Below are positions 41,558 through 52,460 of a DNA stretch of 64,000 nucleotides, in pieces. A model generated the notes under the pieces. That model was not told the origin of the DNA. It saw nothing but the letters and a program-made list of their open reading frames with translations, and did no database searches. Within the stretch, counting starts at the first letter, position 1, and every line of letters begins with the position of its first letter. Source of the stretch: Paraspadella gotoi (Eukaryota > Animalia > Chaetognatha); contig JBJCIZ010000282.1 of the NCBI GenBank assembly GCA_051294375.1, positions 523,079-587,078 of the forward strand, read 5' to 3'. A program made the translations under genes and the position numbers.

Positions 41558-42080
41558 TCTCTTTGCTCATCCAAGTGCCATGATCCGAATCGCTCGATTT
41601 CACTAGGTACTCCGTAGACTCTCCCGACTTACGACCCGATCTTAATTTCCGGCCCCCTCTTTTTCGCGTCTTTACTACAAAATAACGGTTTTCTTTAACC
41701 GATTTAGGTGCTTCCGCCGGGACGAGTTGATGGTCGTAGTAGGTTTTAGGAGAATTTTCCAACTTGTAAGTGATGGGCGTTGTTTTTTGTACTTTTCTAA
41801 CGCGAAAAAATTTATTCTCGTTTCTTTGGGCGTAACCGCGAGAAAAAACTGTCCTTTTAATAGTTCGTTTGACCAGTTGACCAACCTTAAAACGTGGGAG
41901 TCTGTGAGCTAAGCGGGCTCTGCGATCTCGTCGCGCTTTTAAATATTTCGACCTCAAAAATTCTTCGTTCTTAGGTTTATGGGCGAGAGAGGGGGAGAGA
42001 CCGAAAAGACCGACTCTCGGGCGGGCGTTGTAAGCCATGATGCAATATGGTAGGTACTTGGCAAAATTCCAATCTGACAT
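41502..42080 (-). pseudogene. Polinton retroviral-like integrase, C-terminal half with chromo-like domain; catalytic core absent
   Basis: YLP..MAYNARP..P, FKVGQLVK..FSRGY, FRVRKV..PITYKL and EYLVK..TWM motifs. The ORF overlaps the penton start, as is usual in Polintons. Confidence 0.82.
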
Positions 42081-42341
42081 GGCGTAAGAGATATATGTTT
42101 ACACCTAGCCATCAGTGATAAGGATAAGCGAAGCGAACTCGAGTGTTTTTAATTGGAATCCTGTGATTAAATCTGTTTTTAATCTGAATCTTGTGATTAA
42201 ATCGACGGAGATACTTGAGAATAAAGATTTCGACTGATAGTCTTACTGTTTTTGCTGAATTAGTAAAGAAACTGAATAATCGACTATGACTTTATTGTAA
42301 TAATAAACAAATGGATGACAATGAAAAAAAAAAAAAATACA

Positions 42342-44561
42342 TCAAATGGTATTATACACTTCTTTTCGTCGATCAAAAATTGTTTCTTCTTCTTCTTCTC
42401 CCTCTTCCTTTTCACTTTCTTCAATCCCCCTTATTTCTTTTACCCATTCCCCTAATCTTATATCCCTCCCTCTTCTTTCTCTCCCTCTTTCGTTTTCTTC
42501 CACGATGAAAATGTTTTTATTTCTTCTATTTTGTCGCATTCTTATAAGACGTCGAAATTGGCGCCTGCAAATGGCGCCAACACACATGATGATCCCTAGC
42601 GCCCCTATCACGCTCGCAATAGCAATTATGTAGATGCTGTAGAAATAAATTGTAAAATGTTTTTTATAAAATCATTATCCAATTTTAAAATGAATTTTTT
42701 GGAATTTAAAACATCGATTTATACTCACATTAAACTACTCTGCCAAAAGGACCTTTCTTCTCTCGTCCCTATCGTCGTCTTCACCCTCGTCGTCACCGTC
42801 GCCGTTTTCGAATTTTGATCGACGAATCTGAAAAAAAGATTTGAAGCAAAATTAATAATTTTTTTTTTATTCCTCTTGAAGGCAAAGAAATTATGATTTG
42901 CAGGCGAATGGTTTTTTTGAGGCGAAATAACACGAAGAAATTACTTTTTTGAGGCTGTTGTTGAGAGGCGGCTGTTGTCGGTTAAGATGCGGTCGCTGCT
43001 TTGTCGAGAGAGGCCGCGGCTGTTGTCGAAGAGCGCGGCTATTGTCGCGACAGAGGCGACTGTTGTTCGACAGTAGGCGGCTTGTGTCCGAGATAGACTG
43101 GCGCTTGTTGTGAAGAGGCGGTTGTTGTCGAAGAGGCGGTAATGTCGTACGAGAAGCAGACGGCTGATTTGTCGAAAGAGGCGGCTGTTGTCGAAGAGCG
43201 GCTGTTGTCGAAGTAGGAGGCTGTTTGTAGAAGAGGAGGCTGCGTTTTGTGAAGAAGGAGGCTGTTGTAGAACGAGGAGACCTGGTTGTAGATAGAGGAG
43301 ACTGTTGTAGAAGAGGCAGGCTGTTTGTAGGAAGAGAAGGTAGAAGAGGAGGCTGTTTTGTAGAAGAGGAAGGTAGAAGAGGAGGCTGTTGTAGAGAGGA
43401 GGTACGAAGAGGAGGCTGTTCTGTAGAAGAGGAGGTAAGAAGAGGAGGCTGTTTTGTAGAAGAGGAAAGGTAGAAGAGGAGACTGTTGTAGAAGAGGAAG
43501 GCTGTTGTAGGAGAAGGTAGGAAAGAGGAGGCTGTTTAGAAGAGGAGGTAGAAGAGGCAGCTGTTGTAGAAAGAGGAGGTAGACAGGGAGGCTGTTGTAG
43601 AAGAGGAGGTAAGATAGACGGAGGCCTTGTTGATGCCCTCTAGCATCTTTTTTGAAGGTCGAGGAAGCCGATTCCACTTGAACGCGTGCAGACAGCCGTC
43701 GAACATAATCATTGGCGCCACCACGGTGACGGCGCTGCCAAGCGGAATTTTTGGTTCCGTTTCGAAAGTCGAAGGCCGTAGACGATGGCGCCGCGTCGGA
43801 CGACGCGTCGTCAGGAAAGGATCGTCGGCGCCTGAAATGGGCAAGGCTCGGGGATCTTTCGGGGAGAAAAAAGAGAAATCGGAGGTCAGAATCGATTATT
43901 AGGAATTCCTAGATTTCGGTTCTAATTGACGAACGTTGATTCTGACGTCGTTTGTTGACGAAGCTTGTAACGCATTGTGTGACAAAAACTTACAGATGGG
44001 TGAACGTAAATTGGTGGACAACGACAGCTTGTGAACAGAAAGTTCCGGATCCACTTGTGATCGGAACAGCCACGGCGTTCATCTGGACCCGCTCGATTGG
44101 CGAGCCGTCGGTTGATTTCGAACGAGAATGTAGCAGATTCAGCGTGGGCCGCGAGGCGCGGGCGTAGGCCGGGGCGGGGGCGCAATAAAAAAAACTCCGC
44201 CTCGAAGGATGATTGGATCGAAGAAGCCGAGGTGGTCTGGTCGGCTTATCACAAAAAATCTATTTTCGCGGGCGCATTCCCTGGAACAGAGTCTGCACTC
44301 CGATGCCGCAGCAGGCGGTAAGGCGACATCGACGGAGCCCCGCGCGCGTGATGCACCGGCCGAAAACCGTTGGCCGCTCGGGCATCGCTTGAAAGAGAGA
44401 AAAGTGAGACGAAAGCGACCGATATACCCTCGGAAGCTGCTTGATAGAGACGACGAGCAGGCGAACGAGGGGGAGAAAAGCCCTTGCTTGGATTCGCGGT
44501 GGATGGGAGAATCCTGGTGGTGGAGAGGTGGAAAATGTGGTTGGATGTTTTAATTGAATAC
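42342..44561 (-). CDS. Spliced Ser/Thr-rich (mucin-like) type I membrane protein; predicted exons 44561-43994, 43831-42945, 42827-42729, 42636-42342
   Basis: GT-AG introns with pyrimidine tracts. The last three exons join in frame: (STTAS)n-KK-FVDQNSKTATVTTRVKTTIGTREERSFWQSSLI-IYIIAIASVIGALGIIMCVGAIC-RRQFRR (a TM helix plus basic stop-transfer). AATAAA lies at 42296-42291. Confidence 0.72.
42950..43625 (-). repeat. Coding minisatellite (about 18-30 bp units) encoding STTASSST-type repeats
   Basis: gaggctgttgtagaagaggag recurs on the plus strand. Indels break the frame. Confidence 0.85.
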
Positions 44562-45498
44562 CTACAAATTAAAAAAAATAGGCGAAAATAAATGATGATA
44601 AAACTGACACGGAAGAAGAAACTAGTAACTAAAGAAGAAAATCGAAAGAAAGGAAGCGATTTGGGGCAAAGACGTTAAATAGAAGGAAAAAGGTAAGTTA
44701 AGAAAAGAAAAGAAAAAAGAAAAAAAATTTTACCTGAAAGAATCGGGAGAAGAAACGGATTTACTGTGTCGCCGCCCGACAGAAAATGAGGTTAATGGAA
44801 TAAACCGAGCGAAAATGATTAAACGCCTTATGGCGGCGGGGGAAAGAAAAGGGGGGAAAAGACAAGGGTGAAGGGGGAGAAGTGAAGAAGAGAAGAAGGG
44901 ACGAGAAAAAAATTAAATAGGGAAGAAAATAAAAGAGAAAGGAAAGTGGAAAAAAGAAGGTCTCAGAAAAAATATAAATAAAATTCGCTATGATATTACA
45001 GGAATTAACTATATAAATAAGTTATAAACCACTACAAAAATTTATAGTTAAACAAGTTTGAGTACAAACATGCCCGTGACTCTGCCCCCCATAGGCGGTA
45101 GCAGCTGAATCAGATAATATTAATATTCATATTACATTTTTTTATTTGTGTCAAATGTGTTCCCCCACCCCACTTTGTCTTGCCTCCACAATCTCAATTA
45201 CAATATTTTTAAGTTGCAATAATTAATATATCTTATTTATTACTAATTAATTATGGCAGCTTGAATTTTTCCAATTTACATTATAAAAAAAGCCATAATC
45301 AAATAGATTGTTTGTTTTTTTTTTTTTCCAACATTTTTTTTTTTAACTCATTTCCCACTTGGGAACGATATCCACTACCGAAAACTTTTATTTTCTGCTC
45401 ATCACAATCACAAAAATTGAAGCTCAATCGCCCCATGCACGTCATGAGTAATTGACGTTTTAAAAAATAGTGANNNNNNNNNNNNNNNNNNNNNNNNN

Positions 45499-45960
45499 GT
45501 ATGGGCGTTCTCGGTGATGGACGCCACGGAAACGTCGCATAAGTTGTTGTCGTCGTCGTCCTCCTTGGTGTCGTCGTCCTCCTTGGTGTCGTCGTCTTCC
45601 TTGTTGTCGTCGTCGTCGTCGTCTGTCTTGGCGCCATCGTCGTCGCCGCGAGGGATAAGTGTTGAGATCTGATAAGAAGAGAGAGAAAAAAAATTTGAGG
45701 CGAAAAAAAAAATTCGAGGCGAAAAAAAAACATTCGAGGCGAAAAAAAAACATTCGAGGCGAAAAAAAATAAACTTACAACAAGAGACGAAACCGGTCCA
45801 TGGCGGCGCGCGTGAAGCGCCAGCATTGATATCGAACGAATGCTGTCAGGAATAAGAGAGAACGAGACGACTAGTTAGTGTTTTGCGTTGCCACGACCCA
45901 ATTCTTCTCGACAAGCTTACTTTCCGTTTTTCCTTCCTGTCGATATCTGATAACGCAATT
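45499..45960 (-). CDS. 5' exons of a spliced gene, probably the N-terminus of the membrane protein or a neighbouring gene
   Basis: An intron at about 45843-45921 has GTAAGC, branch point CACTAAC and CAG. Intron 45669-45778 is GTAAGT..CAG. The perfect Kozak GCCGCCATGG (ATG 45801) splices in frame to MDRFRLLLSQHLSLAATTMAPRQTTTTTTTRKTTTPRRTTT. An alternative frame from ATG 45826 gives an Asp-rich peptide. Confidence 0.55.
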
Positions 45961-46222
45961 CTGAAAGAAAGAGAGAAAGAAAGGCATTAGTATAAATGTT
46001 ATTATTTTTTATGTTGTCCCAATATACGCTGTAAATACACTAACATTAAACTCTTCCGATTCCCCTAACACTTGGCCTTCTCGAATTTGGGGGTTGCCAT
46101 TGGTCACTGCGACCAAACAAAAAAAAACCAAAAAAAGTTTCATTTTTAGAATTTCTGAAAATAAAAAAAAACGCCAAAAGTATAAATATCAGAAAAAAAT
46201 CCCAAAAAAAAATATTAATTCT

Positions 46223-47007
46223 ATGTCTATCATGGATTTATCCCAAAAACCGTCACACTGCTGCGACTTGATAGCGCCATTCGGTTGTCTGGTCTTCGGC
46301 TCAACGATGAGGTAAGTTATCATGACATAAAAAAAGTTTAAACAACGTTTCAAGATTCCCACATGTGTATTTTTTTTAGTGGAAAAACGACTTTAATTCT
46401 ACGGCTTTTGCGCGACATATCAAGCGTCTGTTCTACCCCAGTTAACAAAATAACATATTTTTATGAACAGTTCAATCCAGAATTTGACAAGGCTAAAGAG
46501 GAAATTCCAAATATTGAATTTCGTCAAGGGGCGGATGAATCCTACTTCTCCGATAATGTAGAAGGTGAAATACCCACCGATGGTCAAGAGGGGTTACCTC
46601 ATAATATCATCGTATTAGATGACAATCTGAAATCGTATTCAAAAAATTGGTTGATGATAGCCTTTTCGGTGATGATTCATCATAAAAAAACGTCTATCAT
46701 AGCCGTCTCTCACGAGATTTTTTCACAGACAAATAAAGAATTACGTTTTATTCAAGGTCAGTGCTCATATTTAATCTTATGTAATTTGAGGAGGGATCGC
46801 TCATCTCTCATTCACCTCGGTAGACAATTGGAACCAAGATGTCCTTTAAGTTTACTGGAAATATTTGACGACATTAAGGCTCAAGATAAGTTCAATTATT
46901 TATTAATTATATTCACAATTTAGTGGTAATCAAGAAATTCAGTATATACAGCAGACTTTTTACCTTCTGATCCTTATTTCACTCAAGTTTATTTCGTTAA
47001 AAAATGA
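46223..47007 (+). CDS. Polinton DNA-packaging ATPase (A32/FtsK-HerA-like), two exons; the C-terminus is frameshifted near 46915
   Basis: The spliced product reads APFGCLVFGSTM-S-GKTTLILRLL (Walker A), NIIVLDD (Walker B), IHHKKTSIIAVSHEIF and FNYLLI. The tail ..FLPSDPYFTQVYFVKK-stop is in another frame, with its TGA overlapping the next ATG. Confidence 0.88.
46312..46379 (+). other. 68-nt spliceosomal intron inside the Walker A Ser codon
   Basis: ATG AG|GTAAGT...TTTTTTTTAG|T GGA AAA ACG. Removing it restores GSTMSGKT. Confidence 0.88.
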
Positions 47008-47366
47008 ATTCTTCTTCCCTAGCCGTAAAAAGATTCAAAGAAAATCTTCCGTTCTTGAATCAAATCAAAAAATTGACCGCTTCTCAACAAAAAAAAGTTT
47101 TAAAATTAGCACCTAAAGATTTTCTTCTCACCCTCAGCGACATTTGTTTAAACATATTAAAAGAAAACATAAAATTAAAACCGTCACAAATAGAAAAACT
47201 AAGAAAGTTTAAACATATTTTACACGGATTATCTTTAAAGAGAACCTCTTTGAAGCAAAGAAAGAAATTCGTTCAGAAAGGTGGGTTTCTCTCAACTGTT
47301 CTTTCTTTTTTACCATTGGCTGCTATGTTAATTAACCAAATAGTTCAATCTACCAAAAAAAAGTAA
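47004..47366 (+). CDS. Polinton/adintovirus small basic virion protein with a KGG|F protease site and amphipathic C-terminal helix
   Basis: Lys-rich 120 aa with SDICLNILKENI.L and QKGGFLSTVLSFLPLAA. This is the conserved ORF found after the ATPase in Mavericks. Confidence 0.8.
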   Translation: MNSSSLAVKRFKENLPFLNQIKKLTASQQKKVLKLAPKDFLLTLSDICLNILKENIKLKPSQIEKLRKFKHILHGLSLKRTSLKQRKKFVQKGGFLSTVLSFLPLAAMLINQIVQSTKKK

Positions 47367-47371
47367 TAATA

Positions 47372-47719
47372 ATGACTCAAAGAAAACAACCTTTAAGATT
47401 CAGCGAAAAGATGTTTCTTATTTCAGAAAGGGATCTTAATAATTACGGATTGGATAAAAATAAACAGGAGATTAAAAAAAAAGATTTACCTGATGATATA
47501 AAAGTTCGCACATTGAACGATGAGTTTATTCGTTCCAAGGCCCACGAAGAAGTTTTAGAAGNNNNNNNNNNNNNNNNNNNNNNNNNNNNNNNNNNNNNNN
47601 NNNNNNNNNNNNNNNNNNNNNNNNNNNNNNNNNNNNNNNNNNNNNNNNNNNNNNNNNNNNNGAAAAAGAATCATGAGTTAAGAATTAATAAACCCTTTGA
47701 CAATTTTAAAAATGATTAA
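47372..47719 (+). CDS. Conserved Polinton hypothetical protein (partial, runs into a gap)
   Basis: KMFLIS...LPDDIKVRTLN resembles the KMxLVP...DDxKxxLY motif of the ORF that follows the GGF protein. It starts 5 nt after the previous stop. Confidence 0.6.
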   Translation: MTQRKQPLRFSEKMFLISERDLNNYGLDKNKQEIKKKDLPDDIKVRTLNDEFIRSKAHEEVLEXXXXXXXXXXXXXXXXXXXXXXXXXXXXXXXXXXKKNHELRINKPFDNFKND

Positions 47720-48269
47720 AGGAAAACATAGAGTCTAAATTACTGTAGAAGACTATCAGTCTCCACGCTTGCGGTCCAAGGCGTTCGAAGCGTCGCCGTC
47801 CAAAAAAGGGTTATGACAAGAGTCTCACTGACTGAAGAATCTCCGCTAAGTGTAGAACGCGAATTTCCCAAAGTAAACGTATATTTTCGGTGACACAAAC
47901 GTAGCAGAACGTGGCAATATTGTGACAAAAATAACGTAGTGAAAACTCGTCGCGATAGGGTTAAACTATTTTCAATAATAACGGTCGGAAATTAGTCTCT
48001 ATAAACAAATATTTAGTCGAAAATACTCAGTTAACGACTATGTTCCGTGAAAATTTAAATAAAATAGTTTTAAAATCAATTATGATTGTGAATTTTCTAC
48101 GACCTGGACCAATTGGAGAGTAGCAAAATTTCGAAGTCTCGAGGATCGAGTGATTCTTTGTCTCGGCGAGTATAAAAGGATTGGGACCAGCTGTGCAGAA
48201 TAACAACCACTTTTTGCCCGCAAATTTTAAAATTCGTCTATTTTGAGAATCCCCCTTTTCCTAAAATTT

Positions 48270-49020
48270 CCATGGTTTTTCTCCACGAATTTTTCGTTGC
48301 CAGCGGAGTGAAGAGTAAAAAAATGAACGGGAAATTTACAAAGTGGTCAAGGAGAATTTCATATAACAAATAAAGATATAACTTTTTTTTCTCTCTCTTT
48401 CCACAAATTTTTTCTACCACTTTTCTCCACGAATTTTTCGTTGCCAGCGGAGTGAAGAGTGAAGTTTTTGCCGACAAATTTACAACTCGGTCAAGGAGAA
48501 TTTCGAAATCCTCTCACTCTCAGACCACATAAAGAAACTAAAGAAATAACTTGTATAACTTTACTCTTTTCTACAAATTTTTTCTCCCCACTTTTCTCCA
48601 CGAATTTTTTGTTGCCAGCGGAGTCTAGCGCGAAGTTTTTACCCCGAAATTCGCAACTCAGTCAAGGAGAATTTCGAAATCTTCTCAATCTCGGACCACA
48701 TAAAGAAACTAAAGAAATAACTTGTATAACTTTACTCTTTTCTACAAATTTTTTCTCCCCACTTTTCTCCACGAACTTTTTGTTGACAGCGGAGTCTAGC
48801 GCGAAGTTTTTACCCCGAAATTCGCAACTCGGTCAGGGAGAATTTCGAAATTTTCTCAATCTCGGACCACATAAAGAAACTAAAGAAATAACTTGTATAA
48901 CTTTACTCTTTTCTACAAATTTTTTCTCCCCACTTTTCTCTACGAATTTTTTGTTGCCAGCGGAGTCTAGCGCGAAGTTTTTACCCCGAAATTCGCAACT
49001 CGGTCAAGGAGAATTTCCAA
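48270..49020. repeat. 171-bp tandem satellite-like repeat (about 3.3 clean copies plus partial copies)
   Basis: ccacataaagaaac occurs at 48525, 48696 and 48867. Confidence 0.92.
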
Positions 49021-49169
49021 ATCCTCACTCCACGCCGCTACACACCCCCCTTGCGCTCCGGACACTAATACTTACTACTATAACCCCCCCTCACTCCGGC
49101 CACTAATACCCAGTACTGTGGTCAAGAATCACATATTAAAACTTATATCCATCTCACTGTCCAGTATAT

Positions 49170-49640
49170 ACTACTCACCCCTTTGAGAGGGGCTACCCTT
49201 ATTCAGAAGAAAAAATAATCAGAGAGAGAGAGAGAGAAAGAGTGAGAGAGAGAGAGATAGAGAGAAGCTGGACAGATGCTGGACCGCCGCTGCAGAGCTG
49301 AACTCGTTTTCCGATGAATCTGAGTAGGGCCAAACTCTTTTCCTTTCTATAAATAAATATTAAAAAATAAATATTTGGGTATAGAGCAATATAAGAAATT
49401 TTTTGTACATTAAAAGTATACTTAAAAATGCATAAATTTTAGTTTGAGCATGTTCCCATACTAAATTTTTGATTCACCCCATTGAGAGGGGCTTCCCCTA
49501 TTCAGAAGAAAAAAAGAGAGAAAGAGAGAGCGACATATAATTAAAAGAGAGATAGAGAGAAGCCTGACAGCTGCTGGAATCAGAAGCAGCAGCGACGGAG
49601 AAAAAGAGAGAGAGAGAGAAAGAGAGAGAGACATATTATT
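49170..49640. repeat. Direct duplication (about 300 bp) with (AG)n tracts
   Basis: cacccc.ttgagaggggct.ccc.tattcagaagaaaaaa at about 49176 and 49475. Confidence 0.75.
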
Positions 49641-49693
49641 AAGAGAGAGAAAAGCTCAACAGCCCTTTTACTCTTACTTAATAAGTAAGTACC

Positions 49694-49755
49694 TATGGCG
49701 CCCGAGGTAGCGCGAACTCATCCCAAGCTGAAGGACTCGGGTTCGCGCCCTTGTG
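49694..49755 (+). other. Possible tRNA-derived SINE head (Pol III A and B boxes)
   Basis: TGGCGCCCGAGG (A-box-like) and GGTTCGCGCCC (B-box-like) show tRNA-like spacing. There is no complete cloverleaf. Confidence 0.3.
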
Positions 49756-50034
49756 ATTCATACAAGATAAGCGGAAAAAAAGAAAAAGAAAAAAGGGAGA
49801 ATGGATGGTAAACTGCTGACGGCATCATCTTCCATATTGGTTTTCAAATATTGTTTATGACTTAGTTACTTTGTATTTCATTTAAAAAAATTCGTTTCAT
49901 TTTTTCCATTTTAATAAATATCAGTTTCGTAATTTCTTTGTTTTCATTAAAAAAAAAGTTTAATTAGTGTAGAACAATTAAACAGAAATTAGCTAATTAT
50001 CTCATTAACAAAAACAAAACTGTCTTAGAAACTC

Positions 50035-50225
50035 TCTTCTATATCACTATAAAACTTATGCCATTTCTATATCAGCTCTAGTACCGCAATGCCGCTTCTA
50101 TATCACTATAAAACTCATGCTGTTTCTACATCTGCTCCAGTACCGCAATGCCGCTTCTAAATCACTATAAAACTCATGCTGCTTCTATATCAGCTCTAGT
50201 ACTGCAATGCCGCTTCTAAAACATG
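50035..50225. repeat. Tandem repeat of about 59 bp, three copies
   Basis: atcactataaaact.atgc..ttcta.atc.gct..agtac.gcaatgccgcttcta occurs three times. Confidence 0.85.
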
Positions 50226-51847
50226 CCGGTTCCATTGAAAACACGCTTTTGAAGCGGCAAATATGTATCTCTCATAATTTATCATAATTCGATGTTCTGA
50301 CATAATTTAAGTAAATGCCCAACAAGATTGAGGGGCGGACCGACAGACCAACAAAGTGGAATATAGTAGGCATCTGCTGATAAGCGTATCCGACTAAAAA
50401 CCTTTTCCTTTCTAAGGCAAAACTCAGTGCTAAACAATATTAACAGCCTACTACCTACTGGTCTTTCAGAAATTAAAAAAAAATCAAATTAATTTTTATT
50501 TAAAAATAACACAACAAATTTATTTTCAATAAAATGTTTGTTGCTTTTAGTAAGAAACTTATTTAGGCTTAGGCTTGAAAAGGTTTGGAAATGTAAAATA
50601 TCTCCAATTAACACCATGATTCCAGTCGTCCATTACGTCAACACTGCAATGAAAATAAAATACTATTGCATGAAAAAAATATACATTAGGACTAAGATCT
50701 GACGAAAACAGCCAGAGGTTTTTTTAATGTATTCTTATACCGGCCAATGTGGAATGATGGCAATATTGCTATTGTTAAGTTTCAAAAAAATCCGACCATA
50801 AATATAGAAAATATTAACCAAAATCTTCGGAAAATCCACCCCTTCTTTGGAAGATTTTTGCCAAAGAAGATTTTTCCCCAATCTGACTCCCGGTTAAAAA
50901 CTCTTAGAATTCTGATTGTTAGCTCGTCTTTTACTTTTACTTTAAATAAATATTTTACCAAAATGGACTAATTCACTTTACCATGATCGTATCATATTAA
51001 AATAACTAAATAAAATGTAAAGACAAATTTTGAGAGCCCTTCAGACATATGGCTATCGGATTTCTGAATTTGAAGTTTATTGTAAAATCACAACATATGT
51101 TAAATGCATTTACATTGCATTGAAGTGCAGAAATCCCTTTATTTTATATATAAAAATTGTGTCAAAAATATTTTCCCAAGCAGACTAGTCCATTTGAATC
51201 TGATGTTTTGATGCCAAAATGAAGGTTATTTGACAAGAGAAAAACAAAGCGAGCCCTTCAGATACAATAGGATCGGAATCTAGTGTTTTTACATCTATTT
51301 TTTACCTGAATTTTTCCCAGGAACGTTTACATTGTTTGGTAGTCAGATTTTAGCAAAAATCTCCATTGAAAAAGTCTTCCTTGATTTCTAAGAACGACGT
51401 AGAATCCTAACTTACCGTTTTTTTTTAAATAAAAATTATTTTGAATTACGACGAAGTTTTATAAAAGTGTGCGATCATAGTAAGTTAAAAATTTAGATAT
51501 GGCTTCTCATTTTGAAATAGCTTTGATATTTTCATATTACATTTGGATTTAATTTTTTTTTGTTTGAATTTCCACTTCATTATGATTTACTGCAATATGC
51601 AAATGAGATTATAGTACTCATTATAATATCCAAATTAGTTTATAGAAATTTTTTTTAAAATCTTTAATAAACATGGGAAATCAAAAGACCTTTTTAATGA
51701 GAAGCTATATCTTAATTTTAATACAAATAAAAATAAAATCTTGTACAACCTATGATTGTAAAAATTTGTAACAATTTCAAATTGTAAACCATTGTAACAT
51801 TTTTTGCCTTTTTTTTATTTATTTTTTAATTATATATATTTTTTTTT

Positions 51848-52460
51848 CAGGCGCTGCCTTTTCTGAATCGTTAAAAAACGAGTTCAGGCTCTCTCTCCGT
51901 CTCTCTCAGTTTCTCTCCATCTCTCTCAGTCTCTCTCAGTCTCTCTCAGTCTCTCTCTGTGTGCGTCTGTCTCTCTCTGTACGATCTCTTGCGTGATCGT
52001 TCGTTTTTTGGAAAATTTTGACTATTTTTTTCTTTCTAAAAAATATATATATTTGATCAGGCACTGCCTTTTCTGAATCGTTTAAAAACGAGTTCAGGCT
52101 CTCTCCGTCTCTCTCCGTCTCTCTCCGTATCTCTCCGTGTGTGTCTATCTCTGTAAGATCTCTTGCGTGATCATTCGTTTTTTGAAAAAATCTGATTATT
52201 TTTTTATTTCTAAAAAATTTTTTTTTTTGATTAGGCGCTGCCTTTTCTGAATCATATAAAAACGAGTTCAGACTCTCTCTCTCCCTCTCTCCGTCTCTCT
52301 CCGTCTTTTTCCGTCTTTTTCCGTCTCTCTCTGTCTCTCTCTGTGTGTGTCTGTCTCTCTCTTTACGAATTCTTGCATGAACGTTCGTTTTTTGAAAAAT
52401 TTGGATTATTTTTTTCTTTCTTAAAAAAAAAATTATAAGGCGCTGCCTTTTCTGAAGACG
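51848..52460. repeat. Internal tandem repeat of about 175-210 bp with (CT)-rich tracts
   Basis: aggc.ctgccttttctgaa at about 51849, 52059, 52233 and 52438. Confidence 0.8.

Larger units (their letters stand above)
40370..47719. mobile_element. Polinton/Maverick (adintovirus-like) endogenous element fragment
   Basis: Cluster of penton, integrase C-terminus, A32/FtsK-like ATPase, GGF protein and a following conserved ORF. No pPolB, major capsid protein or protease is seen in the window. Confidence 0.88.

Noticed and set aside
43039-43677. 212-aa ORF as annotated in the track
   Set aside because: It drifts between frames of the STTAS repeat and is better explained as part of the spliced membrane-protein exon.
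48459-49106. 215-aa ORF as a real protein
   Set aside because: It is a by-product of a 171-bp (multiple of 3) tandem repeat, with a non-ATG start and no domain.
49694-49755. Functional tRNA gene
   Set aside because: The A/B-box-like motifs are present, but no convincing acceptor stem or cloverleaf could be built.
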